A stretch of 64,000 bases of DNA from Patescibacteria group bacterium (GTDB lineage: Bacteria > Patescibacteriota > Patescibacteriia > 2-01-FULL-39-33): assembly GCA_038065695.1 (NCBI GenBank), contig JBBTQN010000016.1:11738-75737 (forward strand), written 5' to 3'. A model generated the notes under the pieces. That model was not told where the DNA came from and did not search any database. It saw only the letters and a list, made by a program, of their open reading frames with translations. Position numbers and translations under genes: made by a program. This document shows positions 46,307 to 55,309 of the stretch, in pieces. How positions within the stretch are numbered: the stretch's first letter is position 1; every line of letters starts with the position of its first letter.

Positions 46307-46423
46307 AAAATTTAATATTATTAATATATTCATATTGTATTACATTGTATAGACATTGTCAATAGAGTTATCCACAACCAAAAAATCCCCCGCCAGAACG
46401 GAAGATTTTTTTATTATAATAAC

Positions 46424-48556
46424 CTATTTCCTTTCCGTGGCTTTGCCGGCTCGTCCTTCCACAATCTTCATTTCCACATTCTTCGGCACTTCGCTGTATT
46501 TCAAAAATTCCATCGTGGAAGAAGCGCGGCCTTGGGTGAGCGAGCGCAGCACCGTGGCGTAGCCGAACATTTCCGCGAGCGGCACTTCGGCGGAAATCAC
46601 TTTGACTTTGGCCGAGCCGATTCCCCTTTCATCCATATTGCCGATGATGGCGCGGCGCGAATTCAAATCGCCGATGACATCGCCCATGAATTGTTCGGGC
46701 GTGACGGCTTCAATTTTCATAATCGGTTCCAAAATCACCGGACCGGCTTGCTTGACCGCGGCTTGAAACGCCAGGGAGCCGGCAATTTTAAACGCCGCTT
46801 CGGAAGAGTCCACTTCGTGATACGAGCCGTCATAAACCGTCACCCGAATATCAATCAAAGGATAGCCGGCGATGACACCTCTATCCATCGCCTCACGCGC
46901 GCCTTTTTCAATCGGCTTAATGTATTCTTTGGGAATCACGCCGCCTTTGATTTCGTCAACAAATTCAAAAATCTTGTTCGGCTCGGACGGCTCAACTTTA
47001 AGCCAACAATGGCCGTATTGTCCCCGGCCGCCGGACTGACGGATATATTTGCCTTCGGCTGCCGCCATTTTTTTGATCGTCTCTTTGTAAGCGACTTGCG
47101 GCGCGCCGACATTGGCCTCCACTTTGAACTCGCGCTTCATGCGCTCAACGATGATATCCAAATGAAGCTCGCCCATGCCGGAAATGATCGTCTGCATTGT
47201 TTCTTCATCGGTCCGGACGCGGAAGGTCGGGTCTTCTTCGGAAAGCTTGGACAAAGCGATACCCATTTTTTCTTGGTCGGCTTTGGTCTTGGGCTCAATC
47301 GCGATATCAATGACCGGTTCGGGGAAAGTGATCCTTTCCAAAAATATCGGGTGGCTCGGGTCGGACAAAGTGTCGCCGGTAGTCGTGCCTTTGAGCCCCA
47401 CGATGGCGGCGATTTCTCCGGCATACACTTCCTCAATGTCTTCGCGAGAGTTGGCGTGCATGCGCAGGATCCGGCCGACTCTTTCTTTATTGCCGTTGGT
47501 ATTGTTTAAAATATAAGAGCTGGATTTAAGGACGCCGCTGTAAACGCGGTAAAAAATAAGCTTGCCGACGAACGGGTCGGTCGCCACTTTGAAAGCCAAG
47601 CCGACCAAAGGCGCGTCGTCTTTCACTGCCACTTTTATTTCTTTACTCTCGTCGTCAACATCGTGGCCGATAGGCGCGGCGATATCCAAAGGAGACGGCA
47701 AAAATTCGTCCACCGCGTCCAGTAAGAATTGGACGCCTTTATTTTTTAAAGCCGAGCCGCAAAGAATCGGTACAATTTTATTTTTTATGGTCGCCTGACG
47801 CAAAACCCGCTTCAAATCGGCGATGGGAATTTCTTCGCCCGCCAAATATTTTTCGGTCAATTCATTATCATGTCCGGAAATCGCTTCCACTAATTTCGCC
47901 CGATATTCTTTCGCTCTTTCTACCTCATTGGCGGGAATTTCGGTGTCTTCCCATTTCGTCCCCAACTCATCTTGGTAAATGCGCGCTTTCATCTCAAAAA
48001 GGTCAATGATGCCCTTAAAAGTTTCGGCCGCGCCGATCGGAATCTGAATCGGGTGGGCGTTTGGGGTAAGCCGGTCGTGAATGGTCGCGAGGTCATGATA
48101 AAAATCCGCGCCCATCCGGTCCATCTTATTGATGAAGCCGATTTTCGGCACGTGATACTTTTCCGATTGCCGCCAGACAGTCTCGGACTGCGGCTCCACG
48201 CCGGCCACGCCGTCAAAAACAATCACCCCGCCGTCCAAGACGCGGAGCGACCGCTCCACTTCGGCGGTGAAGTCAACATGGCCCGGCGTGTCAATGATAT
48301 TGATTTGAATGTCGCCCCCGCCCAGCCACTCGGCGTTCGGCCAAAAGCAAGTCGTCGCGGCCGAGGTTATGGTGATGCCGCGCTCTTGCTCTTGTTCCAT
48401 CCAATCCATCGTCGCTTCGCCTTCATGGACCTCACCCATTTTGTGTTTTTTGCCGGTGTAAAACAAAACCCGCTCGGTGACGGTCGTCTTTCCAGCGTCG
48501 ATGTGAGCGATGATGCCAATATTTCTGATTTTTTCCAGGGGTTCTAAACGAGGCAT
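46424..48556 (-). CDS. fusA: elongation factor G
   Basis: Reads [26 protein letters not shown]...DTPGHVDF. Confidence 0.95.
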   Translation of the reverse strand: MPRLEPLEKIRNIGIIAHIDAGKTTVTERVLFYTGKKHKMGEVHEGEATMDWMEQEQERGITITSAATTCFWPNAEWLGGGDIQINIIDTPGHVDFTAEVERSLRVLDGGVIVFDGVAGVEPQSETVWRQSEKYHVPKIGFINKMDRMGADFYHDLATIHDRLTPNAHPIQIPIGAAETFKGIIDLFEMKARIYQDELGTKWEDTEIPANEVERAKEYRAKLVEAISGHDNELTEKYLAGEEIPIADLKRVLRQATIKNKIVPILCGSALKNKGVQFLLDAVDEFLPSPLDIAAPIGHDVDDESKEIKVAVKDDAPLVGLAFKVATDPFVGKLIFYRVYSGVLKSSSYILNNTNGNKERVGRILRMHANSREDIEEVYAGEIAAIVGLKGTTTGDTLSDPSHPIFLERITFPEPVIDIAIEPKTKADQEKMGIALSKLSEEDPTFRVRTDEETMQTIISGMGELHLDIIVERMKREFKVEANVGAPQVAYKETIKKMAAAEGKYIRQSGGRGQYGHCWLKVEPSEPNKIFEFVDEIKGGVIPKEYIKPIEKGAREAMDRGVIAGYPLIDIRVTVYDGSYHEVDSSEAAFKIAGSLAFQAAVKQAGPVILEPIMKIEAVTPEQFMGDVIGDLNSRRAIIGNMDERGIGSAKVKVISAEVPLAEMFGYATVLRSLTQGRASSTMEFLKYSEVPKNVEMKIVEGRAGKATERK

Positions 48557-48639
48557 AAGAATCTAATTTTTAATTTTGTAATTTTTAATTTTTAAATAAT
48601 ACTCTAATTTTTAATTTTTAATTTCAAAAAAATAAAAAA

Positions 48640-49107
48640 TTAACTTGAAAAATGCGCGAAGGCCCGGTTGGCCTCCGCCATCCGATAGACATCCTGTTTC
48701 TTCTTGATGGCCGCGCCTTCATTGTTGAAAGCGTTGATGATTTCTTCCGCCAATTTTTCCGCCATCTTTTTGCCTTTCTTCGCTTTAGCCGCGTCAATCA
48801 GCCAGCGGCAACCGAGATTGAAGCTTCTTTTGGAACGCACGGAAACCGGCACTTGATAATTGGCGCCGCCGACGCGTTTGCTTCTGATTTCTACTGTTGG
48901 TGAAACATTTTTTATCGCTTGCTCAAAGACCGAAATGGCGTCCTGCTTGGTTTTGTTGGAAATAATATCCATCGCGTCGTAAACGATTTCCTGGGCGACC
49001 GATTTCTTGCCGCGTTCCATGATGTAATTAATAAACTTCGCGATATCCTCGCGATTGAATTTTAGATCTGGTTCAATGGCTCTGACTGGCGCTTTTTTTC
49101 CTCGCAT
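48640..49107 (-). CDS. rpsG: 30S ribosomal protein S7
   Basis: Reads MRGKKAPVRAIEPDLKFN...NAIKKKQDVYRMAEANRAFAH. Confidence 0.9.
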   Translation of the reverse strand: MRGKKAPVRAIEPDLKFNREDIAKFINYIMERGKKSVAQEIVYDAMDIISNKTKQDAISVFEQAIKNVSPTVEIRSKRVGGANYQVPVSVRSKRSFNLGCRWLIDAAKAKKGKKMAEKLAEEIINAFNNEGAAIKKKQDVYRMAEANRAFAHFSS

Positions 49108-49142
49108 AATTTTAAAAATATAAAAATAATAAAAATATAAAA

Positions 49143-49571
49143 TTAAGCCTTTGCCTTCTTGTCTTTCTTCACTCCGTAAATGCTTCGGCCGCGCTTCCTG
49201 CCTTCCACGCCCGCCGAATCATAGACGCCCCGGACAATATGGTATCTCACGCCCGGTAAATCTTTGACTCGGCCGCCGCGAATCAAAACAATGGAGTGTT
49301 CCTGTAAGTTGTGGCCGATGCCCGGGATATAAGCGGTCACTTCCTGGCCATTGGATAAGCGGACACGAGCAATCTTCCGAAGAGCGGAGTTCGGCTTCTT
49401 CGGCGTTGTGGTCCTCACCTGGATACACACGCCGCGTTTGAACACGTTGCCTTTTCTAATGGTCTTCCTTTGGCGATGCAAGGTGTCTAAGGTGATTTGC
49501 AAATCCGGCGTTTTGGATTTCTTTTTATTCGGTTTTCTTTTCTTCCGAAGCAGTTGGTTGATGGTAGGCAT
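49143..49571 (-). CDS. rpsL: 30S ribosomal protein S12 with ~15-aa N-terminal insertion
   Basis: Reads [13 protein letters not shown]...[30 protein letters not shown]. Confidence 0.9.
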   Translation of the reverse strand: MPTINQLLRKKRKPNKKKSKTPDLQITLDTLHRQRKTIRKGNVFKRGVCIQVRTTTPKKPNSALRKIARVRLSNGQEVTAYIPGIGHNLQEHSIVLIRGGRVKDLPGVRYHIVRGVYDSAGVEGRKRGRSIYGVKKDKKAKA

Positions 49572-49829
49572 AATTATAAAAAATTAAGAAATTAAAAAAA
49601 TAAAAAAATAAATTTATTTATCCAAATATTATTTGTAGATCCGTAAAGGATTTGTAGATTCGTGGGAGTTCGTGGGAGAATAAAAAGTTCCCCCGCGGGG
49701 AACCCCAAAAATTAGAATTAGGTTGTTTTTATCCTAAGTATTTTGGGGTGTAATTATTAATAATTAACTCTAAATATTCTAACTGATTCGCCGAGATAAG
49801 TCAACTAGGCAATTTTCCAATGGCTAAAA

Positions 49830-50459
49830 TTACAAAAATCTGGCCAAGAAATTTAAAATTAAATTAAAGAAAGACCCCAAAATGCTCCTAGGCAAAAAAC
49901 TGTCCAAAATCACCAAAACTAAAAGAATCCAAGGGCCATTGATGGAAAATTTATATTTAAACTCATCAAATCGGCTGGGTAATAAGCTGAACAGCACCTT
50001 TGAGCCGTCCAAAGGCGGAATCGGAATCAGGTTGAAAACCATTAAAATGGTGTTGACTAAAACCAACAAAAACAAAAAATTAGTCAAAAGATTATACGGG
50101 CCGAGAGCGGGAGCGACGAATTTTAGGATAATGCCGAATATAAAAATCCCCAAGAAATTTGAAAATGGCCCGGCCAGAGAGATTACACCCTCGGCTAAAC
50201 GAGGATTTTTGGTATTACCCAAGTTCACCGGCACCGGCTTGGCCCAGCCAAAGCCGACAAAAACCAGCATTAAAAATCCCAACGGGTCTAAGTGCGCCAA
50301 AGGGTTTAAGGTCATTCGCCCCGCCTGCTCGGCCGTGCTGTCGCCGAAAAAACGCGCGGCGGCAGCGTGGGAAAATTCATGAATGGTCAAAGTGACCAAG
50401 ATGGCGAGGATCCAAGTGACGAAAAAAATCGGGTCGGAAAATATCCAATTGATGGGCAT
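49830..50459 (-). CDS. site-2 protease family (M50) membrane metalloprotease
   Basis: Carries the TIHEFSHAAAA HExxH motif in a TM helix, plus LIPIPPLDG. Confidence 0.75.
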   Translation of the reverse strand: MPINWIFSDPIFFVTWILAILVTLTIHEFSHAAAARFFGDSTAEQAGRMTLNPLAHLDPLGFLMLVFVGFGWAKPVPVNLGNTKNPRLAEGVISLAGPFSNFLGIFIFGIILKFVAPALGPYNLLTNFLFLLVLVNTILMVFNLIPIPPLDGSKVLFSLLPSRFDEFKYKFSINGPWILLVLVILDSFLPRSILGSFFNLILNFLARFL

Positions 50460-50460
50460 G

Positions 50461-50700
50461 CGATGAAGTTGAAAGTTTATAAAGTCTGTAAAGTCAAAAG
50501 TCTGACGACGACTTTATTTTATATTAACATTATTGACTTATTTTGACAAATATGATAAGATTATATCCATAAACAAATATCTTGAGAATTTTTAATTTCC
50601 AATTTTTAATTTTTAAATAATTTTTAATGATTTAATTTTTAAAAATTAGAAATTAGATCATTATTTAAAAATTACAAAATTAAAAATTAAAAATTTCATT
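50461..50700. repeat. AT-word palindromic spacer ('tataaagtc' then 'ttaaaaatt' words)
   Basis: Direct reading. Confidence 0.6.
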
Positions 50701-50880
50701 ATGTCTCAAACTTGTTCCATCTGCGGCCGAGGGACGGCGACCGGATTCAATGTCAGCCATTCCAAAGTAAAAACCAAAAGAAAACAAAAAATTAATTTGA
50801 AAAGCAAGAAAATCGGCGGTCGGAAAATAAAAATCTGCACCAATTGCCTCAAGACGATGAGCAAGAAGGCCGCCAAGTAA
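50701..50880 (+). CDS. rpmB: 50S ribosomal protein L28 (59 aa; below ORF-track length cutoff)
   Basis: Translates to MSQTCSICGRGTATGFNVSHSKVKTKRKQKINLKSKKIGGRKIKICTNCLKTMSKKAAK. Confidence 0.75.
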   Translation: MSQTCSICGRGTATGFNVSHSKVKTKRKQKINLKSKKIGGRKIKICTNCLKTMSKKAAK

Positions 50881-50999
50881 TACGCCTCTCTGCGCCCCGC
50901 TTATCAAAAATAGCCCATCAACTATTGGGCTATTTTATTTTTATATTTTTATATTCTTGCTTGCCCCGTATCCAACTTTGTTGTGATACTGGGGTATTT

Positions 51000-51503
51000 T
51001 TAAAACGTATGCGCTTCATAAACCGTCTGGTATTCAAAAAGCTCGTCCTCATTGAACCATAAATAAATTTCCCTTTCCGCGTCATTTTTATCCGATGAAG
51101 CATGAACCAGATTTTCCACGACTTTGCCCTGCGCGTCGGCATGGCGATAACTCACATGGGCGTAGTCGCCCCTGATGGTGCCTGGCAATGCCGCTTTCGG
51201 CTCGGTTGGGCCGACCATCATCCGCACATTTTCAATCGCGTCCACGCCTTCTATCACCATCGCCACCACCGGACCGGAAGTGATAAAATCCATCAAATTG
51301 TTTCTCACTTTCTCCCCCCGCCGTTTAATAATATCCTCACCGTAATGCTCACCAGCTTTATCCGCCTTTACCCAACAGAGTCTCATCCCGACGATTTTCA
51401 TGCCCGCCCTTTCAAAGCGAGTGGTAATTTCTCCCACTAATCCACGCTTAATCGCGTCGGGTTTGAGTAGAACCAATGTTCGTTCTATCGCTTCCGGTTT
51501 CAT
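51000..51503 (-). CDS. ndk: nucleoside diphosphate kinase
   Basis: Reads ERTLVLLKPDAIKRGLVGEI...NLVHASSD. Confidence 0.8.
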   Translation of the reverse strand: MKPEAIERTLVLLKPDAIKRGLVGEITTRFERAGMKIVGMRLCWVKADKAGEHYGEDIIKRRGEKVRNNLMDFITSGPVVAMVIEGVDAIENVRMMVGPTEPKAALPGTIRGDYAHVSYRHADAQGKVVENLVHASSDKNDAEREIYLWFNEDELFEYQTVYEAHTF

Positions 51504-51508
51504 AAAAA

Positions 51509-51889
51509 TTATTTAGTAATTAATTCTTTAACTTTTTGAATTACTTCGGCGGGCGTGTGCTGGGATTTGACGAAATAATCGGCGGCGCCCAAATTCGTTC
51601 CTTTTTCCTTGTCCGATTCCTGGCCCAAATTGGTCAGGAGCAAAACCGGAATGTCTTTTGTCTCCATTTCCGCTTTCATATTCTGTAAAATAGTGAATCC
51701 GTCTATCTCGGGCAAAATCACATCCAATAAAACAACCGCCGGCTTTTCTTTTTTGGCGATTTCAATCGCCTCGCTGCCGCGGTCAGTCGCCGTCACTTCG
51801 TATCCTTCGGCTTCCAGCCGCATCTTGTACATTTCCACGATCATCGGGTCGTCTTCAATGAGGAGAATCTTAGTTTTAGCGTCGGACAT
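51509..51889 (-). CDS. stand-alone response regulator receiver domain (CheY-like)
   Basis: Reads KILLIEDDPMIVEMY...VLLDVILPEIDGF...LLLTN. Confidence 0.8.
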   Translation of the reverse strand: MSDAKTKILLIEDDPMIVEMYKMRLEAEGYEVTATDRGSEAIEIAKKEKPAVVLLDVILPEIDGFTILQNMKAEMETKDIPVLLLTNLGQESDKEKGTNLGAADYFVKSQHTPAEVIQKVKELITK

Positions 51890-52019
51890 ATTGAATAAAT
51901 AATAATTAACGAGATTATCTTAGCAAAGAAAATAAAAAATCGCAAGAAGGCCACTTCCCTCTGCCACTCCATTAATCCCAAATAAAAAAGGCATCCGTCA
52001 TCAATGACTAGATGCCTCG

Positions 52020-52619
52020 TTAAATCTTTCTCCTTGCTTTGTATGCCAGGTATTTCTCCAAATATCTTTCTTCATTGTACTTATATGAAGGATTAAAATC
52101 AGCAATAATTATCGAACCATGACTCCTTATGGTTTTTTGCGTATACTTACTCCCATAATCAAGCATTTTTAATTTTCCGTCATCAATAGAAAAATTCCTT
52201 GGGTTCATCCAGTGGTGATTATCGCTACCAAAAAACGGATTGTCGTCATTTGAATCAAATAATATCTCTGTCGCCTGACTCAAAATTGCTCCCCATTCTT
52301 TTACTTGTTCTTTTCCCGCTAATTGGATATTGAAAAATCCAAACAAAGAAAAAAATGTCGGCTGCAAAATAGGATGTCTGGTTTTTAAATAAAAAATAAA
52401 TTCCCGCCAATTTTTTAAGATACCGCCAAATAAATATGACTTGACATCACCCATATCTTCTTTTTGAAGGGGCGGATTACCTCCAAAATAACGCTGGAGG
52501 TTTCTTTTTGTCAAAGCAATAGAAGTTAAAAAACGAATCATCGGCAGTTTAAAAACTAATCCCAATTTAGGAAACACGAATACAACCCGTGTCTTTCCTT
52601 TGCAAATATACATAGCCAA
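52020..52619 (-). CDS. hypothetical protein
   Basis: ORF only. A weak kinase-like HHWMNPRNFSIDDGKLKMLDYGS segment. Confidence 0.35.
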   Translation of the reverse strand: MAMYICKGKTRVVFVFPKLGLVFKLPMIRFLTSIALTKRNLQRYFGGNPPLQKEDMGDVKSYLFGGILKNWREFIFYLKTRHPILQPTFFSLFGFFNIQLAGKEQVKEWGAILSQATEILFDSNDDNPFFGSDNHHWMNPRNFSIDDGKLKMLDYGSKYTQKTIRSHGSIIIADFNPSYKYNEERYLEKYLAYKARRKI

Positions 52620-52701
52620 TACCCTCCCTTCTGCTTATTGTCAAGTTACAATTTCTCTAGGAGAGATATTACTATATTATGATAAAAAAATCAATAGTTT
52701 A

Positions 52702-53589
52702 TTATTTAATCAACTGCCACTTTACTCCATTACTCTCAAATACTATATCTCCATTCCTATCCGTCCTAAAAATCTTCACCCCCATCTCCTCCAAATAATA
52801 AATGGCGCGGAAAGAGGGCAGGCCGTATGAATTGTCAGCGCCGACTTCAATGACGGCGTATTGGGGCTGGACAACGGCCAGAAATTCTTGGCTGTTGCCG
52901 TTGGAAGAGCCGTGATGACCGACTTTCAAAAGGTCGGCTTTGACGAGCTCGGGAGAGCTGGAAGCCAGCTTTTCTTCCTGCTCAAAATCGCCCATAAAAA
53001 GCGCGGTTGAGGAAACATAAGACAAGCGGAAAACAATTGACGAATTATTAAGATTATCAAAACGCCGACCCTCAATATTCTCTAAAGGCCAGAGTATTTC
53101 TATCGTCGTGGAGGCGTCCAGCGCGATTTGTTTTTGGCCGTCCACAATTTCCACGGGGATATTTTTTTCTTTAATTAAGTTTAAAAATTCAATATAATCG
53201 CCGGCAGTGTGGCTCGCGCCGGTCATCATAACTTTTTCCACCCGATATCTTTTTAGCACTTCCACCAGGCCGGTGACATGATCGGCATGCGGATGGGTCA
53301 AGATGACGAGCTCCAAATCATTGTCGGTGAGAGGCAGATATTTGCCCAATTTTTCCAAAACCGAATTATCCGGCCCGCCGTCAACTAAAATGTCGTCGCC
53401 TTTGGCCGTCCGGATGAGCTCGCTGTCGCCTTGGCCCACGTCAAAGAAGTAAATTTTTAATTCTGGTTGCGGGTTGGAAGCGGTATCAGATAATACCTGC
53501 GGCTGGCGAGAATTATAAAAAATTAAAAAAACAAGAAAACAAGAAAATAAAATGACAATAAATATAATTTTTGTTTTTTTGTTAAACAT
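52702..53589 (-). CDS. membrane-anchored MBL-fold hydrolase (ComEC C-terminal lactamase_B-like domain as separate ORF)
   Basis: An N-terminal TM segment is followed by LILTHPHADHVTGL and KVGHHGS. Confidence 0.65.
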   Translation of the reverse strand: MFNKKTKIIFIVILFSCFLVFLIFYNSRQPQVLSDTASNPQPELKIYFFDVGQGDSELIRTAKGDDILVDGGPDNSVLEKLGKYLPLTDNDLELVILTHPHADHVTGLVEVLKRYRVEKVMMTGASHTAGDYIEFLNLIKEKNIPVEIVDGQKQIALDASTTIEILWPLENIEGRRFDNLNNSSIVFRLSYVSSTALFMGDFEQEEKLASSSPELVKADLLKVGHHGSSNGNSQEFLAVVQPQYAVIEVGADNSYGLPSFRAIYYLEEMGVKIFRTDRNGDIVFESNGVKWQLIK

Positions 53590-53607
53590 CGTTAATTTCT
53601 TAATTTC

Positions 53608-55152
53608 TTAATTTTTTAATTTCTTATTCGTATTATACACCCAAACCGCAATCACCCCGTAGAGCGCGACCACCAAAAAAATATTTAGCCACTCTATTTG
53701 GAGGCTTGAGAGTGGCACTTTTGACAAGCGATCAACCACCCAAAGAAAATAACCAGCGGCAAAATAGCTGACATAACCCAAGAGTTTTCCGAGCGGCAAA
53801 AAAACCGCGCCAACGACCGCGTTGATAAAGCCCCAAACCATTAAAAACGGAATGGTGGGCAAAATTAAAATATTGGCCAGAAAAGAAGAAAGAGAAAGCC
53901 GATGAAAATAAAAAATTATCAAAGGTAAGGTCATTATTTGGGCGGCCAAGGTCATAATAAATATTTCTTTGACTTGCCAAAATTCGGGCAGGCGGCGGAA
54001 ATATTTTTCCAAAATAGGAACGAGATAAATCAAGCCGATGACCGCCATAAAAGAAAGCTGAAAACCGACGTCAAAAATCAAAACTTTCGGGTTGAAGGCG
54101 AGCATCACGGCGGCGGCAAAAACAATCAGATTAAGCGAGTTATTCAGCCGGCCGACTTTCTGGGCATACAAGACGAGGATGCCCATAATCGCCGAGCGGA
54201 CGGCCGAAGCCGGCGCGCCGATCATGACAATATAAAAAACAATGATGGCGGCGATGGCCCAAAACGCCTTTGGCCGAGATATCCCGAGGCCAATCGCGAC
54301 GCTCATTAAAACCATGGAAATAATGGCAATATGCTGGCCGGAAATGGCGATGATATGGGTGACGCCGGTTTGGGAAAATTTATCCATCCACGCCGGCGAC
54401 AAACCGCCGCGGTTGTTAAAAAGCATCGCCTGAAGAAGGGCGTTTTGCGGCTCTCGAATGGAGAGGGAGAGGCCATTAGACAAAAATTTTTTCGCTTTTA
54501 ATACATTAATTATTAGACCCCTCCCCAACCCTCCCCTTGAGACAAGGGGAGGGGGATTTGTTTTAGAAATCTTCGCGAACGAACACACCGAATAAATATC
54601 ATATCGGGCTAAATATTTTTCATAATCAAAATCATCGAACTTTTCCGGTTTTTTTAGTTGGCAAGAAACACCGACTTCATCACCGTATTGATATTTAGGA
54701 TAAAGCGGTAAGGTCAATAAAACTTTGCCGCTAACCGGTATTTTACCCGCCAATTTTGAATTAATAGTTATTTTCTGCTTATCAATCCGTTCGTCAATAT
54801 CGGCGACAACACCGGAAAAGTTGGTTTCTCGGCCGTTATAATAGTAAATTTTCGTTTCGTCGGAAAAATCAGGCAGAGAAATTTGATAACGCCAAACGCC
54901 GAGGAAGAAACAAAAAATAAAAAATATTAAGACGCCCCACCGGGGCGTCTCTACAACGGGCAAGCCCGCCTTCGCTAAAGCTACGGCGGGCAAGGAAAAA
55001 ATCAGCCCGAGAGCTGATATTAAAATTAAACAAAAGATAATAAACGAGTTAAAAGAAAAAAAACTGGAAACACCGACGCCGACAATAAAAAATAAAAGAC
55101 AAAATAAAAATATTTTTGATTTGGAATGGGTAATTCTCTGCCAATAATTCAT
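53608..55152 (-). CDS. comEC: DNA internalization competence protein ComEC/Rec2 (DUF4131 + competence domain) carrying two in-frame palindromic-repeat insertions
   Basis: Reads GVWRYQISLPDFSDE...YDIYSVCSF (DUF4131) and HIIAISGQHIAIISMVLM (competence domain). Repeat DNA at 54511-54565 and 54927-54995 is translated in frame. Confidence 0.75.
   Translation of the reverse strand: MNYWQRITHSKSKIFLFCLLFFIVGVGVSSFFSFNSFIIFCLILISALGLIFSLPAVALAKAGLPVVETPRWGVLIFFIFCFFLGVWRYQISLPDFSDETKIYYYNGRETNFSGVVADIDERIDKQKITINSKLAGKIPVSGKVLLTLPLYPKYQYGDEVGVSCQLKKPEKFDDFDYEKYLARYDIYSVCSFAKISKTNPPPLVSRGGLGRGLIINVLKAKKFLSNGLSLSIREPQNALLQAMLFNNRGGLSPAWMDKFSQTGVTHIIAISGQHIAIISMVLMSVAIGLGISRPKAFWAIAAIIVFYIVMIGAPASAVRSAIMGILVLYAQKVGRLNNSLNLIVFAAAVMLAFNPKVLIFDVGFQLSFMAVIGLIYLVPILEKYFRRLPEFWQVKEIFIMTLAAQIMTLPLIIFYFHRLSLSSFLANILILPTIPFLMVWGFINAVVGAVFLPLGKLLGYVSYFAAGYFLWVVDRLSKVPLSSLQIEWLNIFLVVALYGVIAVWVYNTNKKLKN
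54511..54565. repeat. GGGGAGG-family palindromic element inside comEC ORF (encodes [15 protein letters not shown])
   Basis: The sequence is cccctccccaaccctccccttgagacaaggggagggggatttg. Confidence 0.85.
54927..54995. repeat. gtagagacgc-family hairpins inside comEC ORF (encode LPAVALAKAGLPVVETPRWGV)
   Basis: The sequence is ttaagacgccccaccggggcgtctctac followed by cccgccttcgctaaagctacggcggg. Confidence 0.8.
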
Positions 55153-55195
55153 TATTTTTTGAATTACGAAATGACATGATTTATTTATATCTAAA

Positions 55196-55300
55196 TTCAG
55201 AAATTGCCTTATTTTCGCCGCGAGGACTGTTTGAGCCCCGCCTTGGCGGGGCGAGTTCCGCAGCCAGAAAATAAGGCAATTCCTGAATTTAGTAATTCGC
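55196..55300. mobile_element. MITE-like element: 25-bp perfect terminal inverted repeats flanking a GC-rich hairpin core
   Basis: Reads ctaaattcagaaattgccttattttc...gccccgccttggcggggc...gaaaataaggcaattcctgaatttag. Confidence 0.7.
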
Positions 55301-55309
55301 AGATATTTA

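Noticed and set aside
50680-50907. 75-aa minus-strand ORF
   Set aside because: It is antisense to the clear L28 (rpmB) gene at 50701-50880 on the plus strand.
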